From Phoronis australis (taxonomy: Eukaryota; Animalia; Phoronida): a DNA stretch of 64,000 bases. Below the pieces are notes generated by a model. The model did not search any database, was not told the origin of the DNA, and saw nothing but the letters and a program-made list of their open reading frames with translations. Where the stretch lies: contig NMRA01000269.1 in the NCBI GenBank assembly GCA_002633005.1, forward strand, positions 1 through 64,000. The letters are read 5' to 3'. Shown here piece after piece: positions 37,169-50,715 of this stretch. The translations under genes and the position numbers were made by a program. Numbering within the stretch: position 1 is the first letter of the stretch; each line of letters opens with the position of its first letter.

Positions 37169-37862
37169 ACTAGTCGGATATAATGGACCCTAACTTATTC
37201 CAAATAAATCCACTAAATGTAGGTCTAAATGAATGATTTTGGTATCGTTGCATTCCTAAGACATCTGGCTATCCATACAAATCCTTTTCACGACCCTCAA
37301 GTACTCTAGTCTATAACTACGCCATTCTGAACTTGGTACACTTTAGCGTTAGCCACGCGCATTGTGAAATCGGCAGCCATTTCATTGGACTTACTATATC
37401 TAGCGCCATCTATCGGCGATTTGCTACAACACGCGCTGTTCCTTTTTCATCAGTCAACATGGACGACGATAACATGACGATGACTGATATGATCGTGAGA
37501 GAGACGACGAAGGTGATGACGAGAGCAGATGATTAATAACGACTGACGTTAATAATATTGACGAAATCGACCAATGACGTTGACAGATGAAAAAGGAACA
37601 GCGCATGTTGTTGCAAATCGCCGATAGATGTCGCTAGATACAGTAAGTTCCCTGAAATGGCTGCAGATTTCACGATGCGCGTGGCTAAAGTGGACCGAGT
37701 TCGGAACAGCGTAGCTATAGACTAGAGTAATTGAGGGTCGTGAAAATGAGTTGTACGAATAGCCAGATGTCTGAGGAATGCAACGATACCAAAATCATTC
37801 ATTTAGACCTACATTTAGTGGATTTATTTGGAATAAGTTAGGGTCCATTATATCCGACTAGT
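37169..37862. mobile_element. 694-bp fold-back element with ~290-bp inverted arms
   Basis: 37169-37460 is the reverse complement of ~37575-37862. The spacer is GAT/GAC-rich and both ends read ACTAGT. Confidence 0.9.
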
Positions 37863-39284
37863 GCCGACATGGCAATGTCTTATCTACTATCCAAGCTAGG
37901 ACTCTCCACTTGTTGGATGTCTGTCCTGTTGGTGAATCTTCGAACTACACACACTGTATAGCGACAGTGTACGTGCTGGTCACCGTCTCTGGTGACGCAA
38001 CACTTCAGGTAGTATCTTACTACCCACAATGCAAGTGACAAGCTCTTAGTTAACTTCCTGTTCTTTAACCGTTGCCCTTGCCAAGATCCTTTCTAGAATC
38101 TTCCACGAGATGGCTCTGTTGTACAATTGCCTCTGTACACCGTAGCAAGTCTTTATGCTTCAACTACTATAGCGCATCTAATTATCTTGTTGATTTCAGT
38201 CCATAATATAACATTCTACTTATTTAACGATTGGCTAATAAAAACCACATGATCATATCCACTCATATTATTGGCTGTTACAACTTGTTCTCAGAATATT
38301 CTAGAATCTCTAGAGTACTTTGACCCCAGAACCCAAAGTTGTAAACACCATCTAAAAATAGATTTTGACGTTAAAGTACACCTCAACAAATCTGACCCCA
38401 TGATTTAAAAGTACATATGCACAAATTTTGGGCAACTTAAAATGGATCTATTCTTACTAATTACTTAATCATTATTTATTCTGACACATGGAATATTACG
38501 CTTTCGCAAATAAAAGAGATTGTACGCGATCAATCGTCTCCTCGAGGGGCAACAATTGAGATTCATTATCAATTATTCTTGCGTTCTTAGCCCATTGTCC
38601 AAAAGCAATAACAGCTTTTTGTGAGAACACGTCCGATTGATTGGGTGAAATAATCTATATCTATTTACAAAGGGGCAATGATGAAAAACGAGACACATAG
38701 AAATACCTAGTGTAAGTAATATCGAACCACTTACCCCCCACCCACCAGTTGTTCATTTATTTGCGCTGAGGAACATCTCAAATACTACCGCGGGTACTTT
38801 GGTTGTGCACGATGTTCCAAAACACCAGGTAATTTTGCTTTCGTGGAGTTCTTGTAAGGACAACGCAGGCTCCAGTCTTGGAAGGATAATTTGTACGATT
38901 TTGTGTGCCTCAGTGGTCATGTCGGCCGTACGAGCTACATAAAATTGGTCTCAAAGACGTTATGAAAGAATGGCTCAACTCTTTGAATGATGACATTACT
39001 GGCGCCGTTTGGGTTCTGTCATGTCAAATTCCAGAATGTCACTTGAGGTTGCGAGGGTACTGGTTAGCCACTTGTGTCGACGATAACAGAGCACACGCAT
39101 GGTGGCGCAGTTGACTTGCCAGTGACCCACGTCACCCATTACAAAAATAGATTTCCTAAGAAAAGTCCGTGAAGAGAATTCAGATTTTCTGACCATCCCA
39201 CGGAGGATTGCTGTTGCTCTGTCACTGATTCCGGCTTCTGGGCATTAGCAAGTTGTGGCAGTCTCTAGTCAGTGGATAGTTTAA

Positions 39285-39625
39285 AAGGATATTAAACCCT
39301 GTTTTGGTCATTTCAAACTTACAGTCCTCGTTCAGTCACCTGCTGATGCGTCACTGGTGTCCTACTTAAGTGATAAAAGCAGGATTCAACTGAAAACTCC
39401 TAGTCTCTGCGTCACATCTGATTGGATATTATGGTTCTTGGTAAGAGTTCTTTCCCTAGAGTTGTCGTGAAACTCGCCTGAAGCGTAGGTCACACTTGCC
39501 AGTTTATGAGGCTATGTAAACTGTTTTCAGATTTTGGTACGAAACTGTTGAGGCTAATCGAGGATTACTGAACATCATTTTGTTTTGATATCTGTTCATA
39601 GGCTAAAACCGGTCTCGGTATCCTT
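39285..39625. mobile_element. TTAA-flanked MITE (~340 bp)
   Basis: TTAA-AAGGATATTAAACCCTGTTTTGGTC ... GGCTAAAACCGGTCTCGGTATCCTT-TTAA. A similar right end occurs at ~56903-56927. Confidence 0.65.
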
Positions 39626-39969
39626 TTAACTAAGATCCACCAAACAACGCCTGGATTGTGTGCATGCGAGCCTGTCATTCAGAGGTATGTAGCCTACTCA
39701 GTACGCAAGATGCAAATATTACGTCAATAGAAAATGTGAGGCAAATTTAAAAATCACCGGCAGTTGACAGATCGAAACGCAACTAAGGATGCTTGCCTAT
39801 TTTTGATCGCGGAATTGCCTGTCGTACTCAGACTGCACGAGAGCTCCCCAGGCATTTATTCGCAACAGGTAGGTTTGGGTAAGGCCGTAGCCAAGTATTG
39901 AACGGGATGATACTGTGAAAATTTGTGATTTCGTGAGTTCCAGTTTTGGCACCCACGTATAACATATCT

Positions 39970-42958
39970 CCCCGGGGAACCCGCGATCGAGAACGACCGG
40001 AAGGCGATCGAGAACGAAATTTATTGCGAGAAGCGAAGCCAGGCAAGGTGAGTAAATTTGATGAATTTACGTTGTTTTTATTTCCCATGTGAAAACAGAC
40101 ACTTGAGTTCAAGGCGTAACACATTGAAAAAGGGCAGGTAGAGGTGTAGGCTAGTGTTTATTCCAATTATTGGAGAAAAGTTACGTTGAACGATGCATCG
40201 CTTGAGTCAAAGGTGATTTGCATGTCATTTTGGCAAACTGCGGTTATTTTTGGCACTAAATCAATAAATTGACTATGAAGTCGTGAAGAAATGACTTGTG
40301 CAAATATCACACAACGCTTGTTTTTCGTAATTTTGTCAGCATCTCTGATTTTTCGACACTTTTCTGTTGAAAGATGCGATCGAGAACGCAAAGATAAGCG
40401 ATCAGAAACGCAAATTTTTGTTTGTTTATGCGATCGAGAACGCATCGTGGTGTGTCGAGCAGTTATGAACTTTTTACTTATAAAACGTGAAAAGAGTTAC
40501 AAAGTAAGTGTGGTGCAATGAACTAATCACATTTTGCGTCATTACGCTGTTACTTTCGTATAATAAACAATATCATACCATTACCATTAAATCACAGCGA
40601 CTACATGTACATCAGGCACTGTTTTAGTTATAGATATTTTCACAAATGAATTTATTTTCATTTCAGGAAGCAAGTTCACTGCTATTATTGTGAGGCGAGC
40701 TTCAAAGAACAGGTAAATCAGGGTGTGAAAGTACACCCTACCAGGTTTTTGAAATACAGACACATACTTTTAGACGAAGTCAAGGAGTTCTAAACACTAA
40801 AGACTGACCCAGCAATCGTTCCATTTGGCGTGTAAGCCAGGAGTAAACAAATTGTTATGAAGATGAAAGCGAGTGTCGAATCTTCTTGCAAGATTGTGAC
40901 ACCAAAAGAAAAAAAACAAATATGCCAGGGAAGTCAAAGAATGATGATGAGCGTGCCTGTGGGGAGCAAATAGAGTGCTGCAACACCATTCGTGATGCGA
41001 TTCAAAGATTACCGCTCATGAACGTCTGGGATTTAAAAATTTGCCAAAAATGGGTGAACTGTTTTGCTGATAAAACGGGTGGTATTTTGTTTCATGTTTT
41101 ACTGATATTATCGATACAGAGATGAACAGATTGACTTGTGTGGCTTGGATATACAACATATAGTACCTTTTCATGTTTGACTCTTCTGTTTTGTAGTCTT
41201 GGTCCTGAGTGCATCTTCAGTTCATGATCTCCAGTTTAATGTGACATTGAAAAAGAATGAGACGAGTTATAATACACTTACTATGTTGTGATTTTCTCAA
41301 AAACGTGTCTTTAACATCACTTCAAGACACAATGTAGTGATTATACAGGAAAACAACAACAATATTAAAGCAATTCTATAATATTATTAACCTTTTATCA
41401 CACATACCTCAAAATTGGTCACACAGAAAAAAGATATAAAATATAATTTGCGTTAGGGAAATCAACATTACAAATCCAGTGTGCGAATTATTTTTTGAAT
41501 GTGTTTGACTAAATCATCACTGAATCATAGACAATCTATTTCGGACCTTCATAGTATAAAATTCTCTCACAGGGAATCAACAACAATATGAAAACAATTT
41601 CTACAGTTGTGGCAGACATAGTTTTCTATTAAAATACTAATTGGTCTTAACAATTGTATGTAAGAATCACCCAATGACACATAGAGTGGCCATTTAAATG
41701 TACCCAAACACTACAAAAATGCACTGGTTCTGTTAAAGATGCTGTTGAAATAACACAAATAGGAAAAAGGTTCAAAAAAAAACGTCAAAATAGCATCACA
41801 TCAGACAACTAGCAACCATAAAATCTGTAAATCTGAATAAAGTTTCGTGACAACAACTTTCACTACTGGACTGAATAATTTTATTCATGGTGATTCTGGT
41901 TCTCATGCCTGTAGAAGTAGGCATACTCTTCGCATGACACATTCACAACTTACAACAAGGAGTGTCCTCAGGCTTACTCTTTCAATGAAACAGATAGGGC
42001 ACTGGATAAACTTGGTTCCTGAGCACTATGCTTCATATTGTGTTTTCTTATGCGGTAAAAAATCTTGCCCCATGCAACACGGGGCTGGTAAAGGTCTTGC
42101 TTGCGGCTGAGTGTCGCTGTGTTTTGTTGTCATGTGGTTATAAAAAAAGTCTTTTTCCTGAACGAAGCTCCACAACATATATGCATACACAGCCCTTTGT
42201 CACAAGCAGCAGTTGTGCTACTCTTTTTTGAAGGCGTGTACGTTAACACTCTGAAGGGTTCGTCGTATGGCTACGGCTCAACTGAAAAATCAAACGCATT
42301 TAATATTTGTGAGGCTAAATATCACACAGAAATCATGAAAAACGGTGAAAGTATAACACACAATCGACCCGTCAACTAATTCATGGTCGTATTATTCTAA
42401 AATTATTGATGTAACACCGTAACTTTAACGATTATTCAGGAAAATGCAGAGAAAAAAATGTGCGTTCACGATCGCATTTTTTTGCGTTCACGATCGCCAT
42501 GGAGAATTAACAGTTTCGTTCCCGATCGCCGTCTCACACAAGGACCTGCTTGTATCGGTAGATATCTCGAATTGTTTCACAAATTCTAACTAACAAAGGT
42601 GAGAGCGGGGACGACTTAACTATAAACGTCACTCGTCTCTACTGAAGAACCCAGGAATTGCTAATAACAAGCAGAAATTGACGAATTTACGAGACGCAAG
42701 GCATTTTACCGAAAGTCATTGGATTCTGCGGTCTCTGTTTCAAAAAATAGCAAAAGCCAAGTATTATTTCAGATCCACAGCAAAGGCTAAGATTTGACGC
42801 TTTTCGGTGTGTCGCATTGTTACCAAAGTAGCCTCTATTTAAGAAGAAAATGACACGTAAACTCACCGGGTACTTCACTGTCGTTTGCCATTCAAGTTTG
42901 GTGTAAGGTCTCGTTCTCGATCGCCTTCCGGGCGTTCTCGATCGCGGGTTGGCCGGGG
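39970..42958. mobile_element. ~3-kb DNA transposon with ~50-bp TIRs and subterminal GCGATCGAGAACG repeats (CACTA/EnSpm-like)
   Basis: CCCCGGGGAACCCGCGATCGAGAACGACCGGAAGGCGATCGAGAACG pairs with CGTTCTCGATCGCCTTCCGGGCGTTCTCGATCGCGGGTTGGCCGGGG. The motif repeats at ~40376, ~40429 and inverted at 42463-42530. Decayed zinc-finger coding remnants lie inside. No clear TSD. Confidence 0.75.
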
Positions 42959-44319
42959 TGCATACACACCGTCGGTTCTGCGCCCCTCTCCCCGGATCAA
43001 AATAGCGAAGGCACTGTCAGAACTGCTGGTTACAGGCGAAAGATCCCAGTTGTCTCCGTATACAACAGGAAACGGTCATGAAGGAATGTCAAAAAGTCCA
43101 CTACAGAAACTCGCTGACTTGCCTCAACGTAGTTGGATGTTACTTTGGCAGGGTTCTTAATTCTTCTCACGTTCAGTTGTCACGTTCTTCATATCAAATT
43201 ATAGCCAACTTCTAGTCATCAAGTCCAGGAACATTTCCTCGCATGTGCCACTCTTGCCATGACCATGAAGGAATGCAGGGTAGAGCCCAGTAACTGTCTC
43301 GCGACTAGAAAAATCTAGCAAAAATCACGCTCCCAAAGTTTTGCACCTTATCGAGGTCCTAGCGTTACTGTGCTGGGTTGCATGAAACAGTCCCGAATAG
43401 GGACTCAATGAAAATCCCGAAATCTTTTGCCTATTTGTGTCTTTGCTTGCTCACAGATGTAATCTGTTTCTATCATTTCATCATTATTATGAGTGGCCTC
43501 TTTGTACGTACCACGTGACCCATCGAGCAAGCGCTTAGTTCAGTTAGTAACAGCACATCATACGGGACACAATTACAAATTGACACCCCATATATTCAGG
43601 AAAGGGAGACTTTCAAGTAGCACCGTGGTGACTGATCACGTCGGACCAGAGAACGATAGTAGAAACTTCATTTCTGTTACGACGCCTAACGTCTCTTCTT
43701 CGAAGAAGATGTACTTTATGGTACAAGCGGGTGACGATAAGTCATTGGTACCACGCATGATCAGCCCCTATTGATCTCTATAAGTGTCTCATTGATTCCC
43801 CCATAATATTGACCAATAGTACTCAATTTTTATGTGTGAGTATTCTATTTGACGACCACAACAATTCCATTTAATAGGACTGTGTGGCCTGATTTTATTT
43901 GTAAGGAGTATGAAGTCGCGTTACTAATTTGATATAATACCCCAGTTCTTAAGCTGATGCCTGGAGTGGGCTAATTAGAATTGATTTTTATATGAGAATA
44001 TTCATGGGTTTGCTGATCAATTGATTTTTAAATACCTTCAAGAAAAAGTTATTTCTTTTGATATCCTCTGGGCTACACAAAGCATCAACATGAGAATCAA
44101 TGTGGAATTAAATGGAATCAATATCCACCTAAAGCAGACTTATTAGGTGTGTTTAACCAAATTAATACCCAAAAAAATCGGTGCCGATTGGTCAATATTG
44201 GCGCTCTATAGAATAATGAGATGGCGAAAGCCACTTCCGCTTGATCCCAACTCTGATGCAATCACGACTGATTCAATATGTCAAAAACACGAACAAATAC
44301 CACCGTCACACCCTCCGAT

Positions 44320-44525
44320 TATTGTGTATATCTACTCTCGTGCACAGAAGATCCGTCCCAAATTTACATTGGTGAAACCAAGCGAACCCTGGGCACCAAA
44401 ATGAAAGAGCTGGTTCATCTTAACCAAAGCACAAAACTGGTACTCTAGAAATGTTAGAGAGGCCATCTTTATTAAAACTAAAAATTCCATCATGATTCGT
44501 GACCAGGGAATTCAACTAATCCTCC
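44320..44525 (+). mobile_element. Penelope-like element GIY-YIG endonuclease fragment
   Basis: CVYLLSCTEDPSQIYIGETKRTLGTKMKE...RNVREAIFI...MIRDQG. Confidence 0.7.
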
Positions 44526-46289
44526 GATAAACGTAGATGTACTACTACCCGGCCAAAAACGACGGGAAACAACCCGCCACCTTTTGACAAGTTACTGTAG
44601 AGTGGAATTGGAAACATTCAAAACAGCTAGATGTAGCACAGTCTTAGAGTACTTGAATTACTTTACCTAAAATAAAGGTACACCACAAAACTTGCGTATT
44701 TTTCACATTCATACGGGTATCCTGCTATCAAAAGAAAGGACATGGATTGTTGAATCCCTATTTTGTGTAAATTTATTGAGATTTGTGTTTGATATGGAAG
44801 GCTGAAATGAAGCACCCGTGGAATTCCTAGTCCCAAGTGTCAGAACTTTTAATTGGTATTAGGAATTAGTAAGTCCGGGTAACGAGATGTTTATTTTAGT
44901 AAGACTGATCCCGGGATTTGTACTCTAAGTTCCCCGCCAAAGCACAGAAAATCGCGATCATTCTCACTCCTTAGGCTGCCTCTTGGGTCTGTCTCGCGAA
45001 GAGTCTATTGGCTTTTGCCTCTTTTGACTTTCGGCTAAAAATCAGCCTACGGATGGTTAACCCTGTCTCATGAAAACAGGCCAAGGTTGAAAGTCAACAT
45101 GTTTGTCAGAAGACAGAAAGCCGTAGCCTGGTCGAAAAACTCAAAGACTTTTGGTTATTCGTAGTCATATTTCTGGTGTAACTTGAGTGAGCGTGGCTGA
45201 CGTAAGCTCTGAATCTGTTGTGGCCAAGGCATCGATTCAGAATAATTTGAACTTCAGGATTTAAGCTATTGGTATTTTGCAACTGATTACAAATTATACC
45301 AAAGCAATGAAACAGTTCCTTTTACCGATTAGCCTTTTGCACAAAATCATCACTTTAGGTTATTCTGTGCAGGAAATGTACATTAGGACCTTTGGGTCAC
45401 TTGATTAAACATGTAAAACAACCTCCTAAAATCCCCACTTCTCTTCAAAGATTATTAACGGTATAGATGAGAACGTGAACGGTAATTATTTCGTATGCGA
45501 CACCTGTTGCCAAAGAAAATTTTTTTTGTGTCAATAAGTAGAATACATTTCGAATTTTAAATTATTTTGATTTTTTCAATAGAATATTTTTGACGTAACT
45601 AAACTTTTAACACGTTTGAACAATTTTCTGTGACTGATGAACAGCACTATGATATCCAGAAGTTGGCCTTCGACCTCAAGAGGTCGACGATGTCAAATAT
45701 ATATTTTAATATACCTATAGGCTTCGTGTGATTGCACAAATTTGATAATATTGTGAAATACTCATAATTTACTGATTTATTAGAATAATTAGCAACACAC
45801 ATAAAAAACGGGGGTATTTTTTAGGTCAAATGACCGCCAAAATGGCTTCCACAAATACGGTAGGGTAAATTCTCGCCCCTTTTGGATAGGGTGAGTTCGC
45901 ACCAGGGCAAACACTTTAAATGACTTATTTTAGGAATGCTTTACTTCAGTCACTCAACAAAGAAATATTCAAGTGTCTAGGTTGCCGTTCTAGTGCTCTT
46001 ATCACTGAGCTATTGAGGACCCTATATCTTTGCAATTACTGTTTGCAATCAACTGTTTTCGTCTATTCCATGAGCAGCATTGCGCCTTTTTCAAGCGAGA
46101 TTTGGACAATTATATAATCAGCAATTTACCAGCATGTGTTAATATGTAGAAGCTGAGGTTGGTCATTTATTTGATACGTCTCACTAACGGCCAATCTCGT
46201 CGTCTATATATTTATTATTTCTAATTAACACGTACTGGTAAATTGATGGTTATTAAATTGTCCAAATATCGTGTGAAAAAGGCGAGATG

Positions 46290-46675
46290 CTGCTCACCGA
46301 ACAGACTCCAAGCTTTCCGCGACCAACCTCGGTAAGTTGGCTTACCGAATTATGTAGAACACAGTATGTTAAAAATTTCTATAGACAACAACTCTTATGT
46401 TTCCTCCTAGATAAACAACTCCTATGCTTAAAAATTCGATGTATTTCTAAGGGTTTTACATCCTGCTTTGATAATTTATGGGTGTAAAACGCTGAATTAA
46501 AGCGATAACCTGACACCAGTTTTGTGAAGTGATGAGCAGACTGTGACGTCATTGGTTAATTTCAACGCCTCCGTCTGCTGTCTGATGTCAGGTAAAAGAA
46601 CTGAACTTGCTGTTATTGACTGGAACTTCTCGATCTAAATTGATACAAAATACGTTCTTTTGATGGCATTCTCTT
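46290..46675. mobile_element. Right-end fragment of the Kolobok-like family
   Basis: Aligns to ~33985-34381 and ends TGGCATTCTCTT-TTAA. Confidence 0.7.
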
Positions 46676-47684
46676 TTAATCTTGCGATACTTTGTCAGGT
46701 ATCACCCTGGAACCAAGCGTTCATACCCGAGAATGTAGAGTTGTGATTCTGCAAAGCTAAGCTATGATCGTACTGAAGTGTGGGTTTCTAGAGCAGGTCC
46801 AGGACAGTGAGTGTCATTTTAATGTATTTTTGAAAGTATCTCAGCAGAATACTGGGAACTGAAATGTATGTGCTGCTAAATGAGCTTGTTGCGAAGTTGT
46901 AAGAAAATACGCTTTATAAAGCTAAGCAGTTGGTGGGCCCCGAGCTGCAGAAGCTTAAAGAACCTTCTTGGGCATTTTGATTTTAAAGTTTCCCACTTCA
47001 TTCAATGATGTACTTTTCAAATGTAAATTTCACGTGGTTAAAGTTGCACATTTTCGTGTAATTTGCTAACGAATGTAGTAGACAATGGCAAAATGTTGAA
47101 ATTGAGAGTTCCTGAACACTGCGACATTATTGATAAAAATATTGATTCTGGCATTTTGACAGGCACATTTGAATACTGCTGGTCACATTTAGCGACCAAA
47201 ATAAGCCAAAATAGTAGTAGGTAAGGTATGAGCTCTTCAAAAAATCACACCACGACTTAGTGGTAGAATATGAAACTTTCTTTAATTGAAATACTTGGAT
47301 GGTTTTGATATTTATACTGAAGAAGTGATGAATTTAAGTTTTTAAACTGTTTCAATTGAAAGAGTGTGAGAAGGGTGATGATATTTTCTTCACAAAAGTA
47401 TGATAAGATAAGAATTGTGAGGCGATAAGTATAAAATGTTAGAACAAAAGTGGACCTCAATAATGGATTAGTTTCCGTCGACTTTTATCAGAGGAACTCA
47501 CCCCATATCACAGTCAGAGCTAAAAAAGGTGCCAACTTTACAAAAGATTTCATGAGCAGGTAAAAATTCACTTACTACAAATTTTTGTGTTGTTGATGAC
47601 ACGAACGTTTCCACCTGCATCTAAAGTTCTTTATCAACGAATAAATTTCGTGCGTTTTGTTTACTCAGATCTAAAAGGGGTCAT

Positions 47685-47960
47685 ACACCCGGGGAAGCTG
47701 TAGACCTTGGTCTCGATTCATGGTGGGATGTCCACTCCTGATACAGACAGCTTCCTTAACTTTTAGAGAGAACCAATAGTTTCTCTCCGCCTAGAACTTG
47801 GGCATTGTCCCTGTCCACTGTATAGCCAGTGTTGAGGGTGCAATTACCAATGCCAGTGGGTTTATCCAACCTAGAATGTTCCTTAATTCTAATCCCCAGA
47901 GAACGTTCAGCTTCTCCTATGTAGGAGATGATCCCTCCTACACCTAGTGAATTTTCACTT
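47685..47960 (-). mobile_element. Penelope-like element GIY-YIG endonuclease fragment
   Basis: Minus strand SYIGEAERSLGIRIKEHSR...YWFSLKVKEAVCIRSGHPTMNRDQGLQLP. Confidence 0.75.
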
Positions 47961-48409
47961 GATCAACATCGTCACGAAGTATGAGAAAACTACTTTCTCG
48001 CAGAAAGTGTGACCTTCGTTAAATTCTTCCTCTCTCGTTCGCCAACAATTTCCTGTCCTGGCTTCCTACATCCCGTCTCCATGTTGAAGTAAAAAGTCAT
48101 TTACAATGCACAGTAACATTTTTGAAACAATTCGAGTGAATCCCTTGAAAAAGTAACTAGTAATATATAGCACAAAGTTGTGATACTTCTTGTTAATTGA
48201 AATATGTAAGAGGATAAAACTTTAATGTCGATTAACATTTAACAGGTAATTGGAGTTTTAATTCACTATTACATTTGTAACAAAAGTGTTCTAATTTTTC
48301 GGTCTTATAGTACACAAAAATGCCATGAAAACCGTTCGTGAGGTTAATGAAGTAGTGGCACCTTTCAGGTTTTAATCTTAAATGTTGTTTATTTATAATT
48401 GGCAGCTTT

Positions 48410-48960
48410 TCAGTAGGAGCAGAGGCTGCCCTCTGTTCGTTAAGTGGTGCCTGTTTTTCTTCTCTTCTTTGTGCACTGGTTTTAATGCATCACTTGGCAG
48501 TCGACCTCCCCTGTTGTGATCGGAGGCCACAGCTTCCTATTCTGCGACGGTGATGTTTCCCGTCTTCAGATCACGCTTGCAAATATCTTTATAATGAAGC
48601 ATGGGTCTTCCTGCAGATCTGTTTCCAGTGGAAAGCTCTCCATAAATTATGTCCTTTGGCATTCCCCATCGCCCATGCGCCTCACGTGGCGAAGTCGACG
48701 AAGGTGGTTCTGGGTGAGCATTTTGTACATACTAGGAAGTCCTGCCTGAGTTACAATTTTGTTGTAGGAGAGATGATCCTGCCATTTGATGCCGAGTATC
48801 CTGCTAATGCAGCTCAGACGAAAAAAGTCGAGCCTGAGCTCTTGACAGGTCCATAGGTACCATGATTCACTGCTGAGGAAGCAAGGCCAGTAGACCTTCA
48901 TCTTGTTGTTGATGGTAAGCACACGATTTTCTCAAACCTTTTCTATTAAGCGAGCCAATG
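48410..48960 (-). mobile_element. RTE-clade LINE 3' fragment (degenerate)
   Basis: RILGIKWQD..SY..IV..AGLPSMY.ML.Q..LR.L.HVRRMGDG, then ...YGEL.TG.RS.GRP.L.YKD.CKRDLK, which is a typical RTE ORF C-terminus. Confidence 0.8.
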
Positions 48961-50420
48961 CTGAGAGACAAGTTAAAGATACTCTCTGAGATTCATTTTC
49001 GATAAAAAATTATTATTACTAAAACGTATTCTGTAATGGTGCCCTTTCAACATATCCTTTTCTTCAAAATAAACAGAACGTGATATGCACATATTCAATT
49101 GACTGAAAATTTTCTCAACAATTTGATTATTTTTCCACGCTCCTGGAAATATTGCAAAAAATCTAATGCATGTTATGCATGTAAACAGTATTCATTGTCT
49201 ATTTTTTCACAGTGAGATTTAAGATAAAAGGAAGCGCCGTTTTAACGTCACTATATGCAAAGGATTTCTTGATCGGTACCCGAGGTATTCATATAACCTA
49301 CTCCAGGGGTACCAGAATTGGGTTTCTTAGTTTGTCATCGGCTCATGCTGTTGTCTACAGAGTACTCTACTGTTCAATATATTTGTCGGTATATCTTTAA
49401 GTAATGACTTGAAAAAAATACTTTCTTTCGTCATACAAGAAGAGAAAAAAATTGCGAGGTGAAAGTACTGCTTCAGCTCACCATTTGCTCACTGACCAAA
49501 ATTGTAGTCGCCAATGACCAAGATTGTTCACTTTTGACAAAAAGTATGAACTGGTGCACTAGTCGCTATCACCATGGCAACCATCAGCTGTTTAGGATTT
49601 TTAAAGCTGCTGACTCAGTAGTTTTCACATCGTATGGTACGCAAAAAGCTTTTAGCGTCAAATCGTAAGAAACGTGTCACAAGGAGTGAGAAATTTTCAA
49701 TGAAGTAGGGGGACTGCAGCCATATTGGATTTTAAAAATGACTACCAGAATCTCATTGCACTGGTTGTTAATCTTAAAGAAAGTGATATTGATGTCAAAA
49801 ACTGCATGCTTGTAATTTCAACAAGCGAATTCAGTTAATTTTTATTTTAAACCCTGCAAAATATCTGCCGTACTGGATTTCAAAATGAGGGCCATTATGA
49901 ACAATCTATAATTAAGTTCAGGGCCAAAACCGATTGCATTGTGATAAAAGCAGAAAGTTGATCTAAACGTCAATTTTCACGTGCTTATCAAAATCAGACC
50001 ATTTACCCATCGCTACCACCACAGTACGTAGCCGTCATCTTGGATTTTGTAATTGGTGACTCAATTTATTTTTGCGTTTGGCACAATAACACAATATGTA
50101 GGCCACCATGTAAAAACTTTCCATTGAAGAGAAGTGAACGCAGCCACATTGCATTTCAAAATGGCCACAATATCACTGGTATCTTTGTGTTGGTTGTTCA
50201 TCTCAGAAATGGATATTAATGTAACAACTTACTTGCTAGCAATTTAGTCCAAAGAGTTCATTTATTAGTTTTCTGCCATAGTGGATTTGAAAATGGTCGC
50301 CATAATAACCAAACGCATCCAATTGCGGCTTTTGTGAGATTCGATACTTTTATTGTTTGTCTTGAAAACTTTGGGATGAGCTTCGTTAATGATTTATAAT
50401 TGTTTCCGTTTAGCCCAACT

Positions 50421-50715
50421 ATGAATGACGAAGACAAATGGAAGCTACAACATAATCATCAGATACTTATCTCCGATATACCAGATGAAGTTAGTGACGA
50501 ACTGTACTCTGAAGGAACTATCTATCGACAAGACCTCAGCAGGATAACTGTTCAAAGTATAACGGAGGACAAGAACAAGGTCCTGCTACAAATATTACCA
50601 ACGAGAGGTCCGAGTGCGTATTCACAGTTTCGAGAAATTCTTAGCCGTCGTCCCAACTGCCAGTACTTGGTTGAGCAGCTCGATAAAACACCTCCAAAAG
50701 TTTGCAGGAATGCAG
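50421..50715 (+). CDS. CARD (death-fold) exon of the SAMD9-like gene
   Basis: MNDEDKWKLQHNHQILISDI..EVSDELYSEGTI..QDLSRI...TEDKNKVLLQILPTRGPSAYSQFREIL...YLVEQL shows the caspase-2/CRADD-type CARD pattern. Acceptor TTTAG at 50413 and donor G|GTATT at 50716. Confidence 0.85.
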
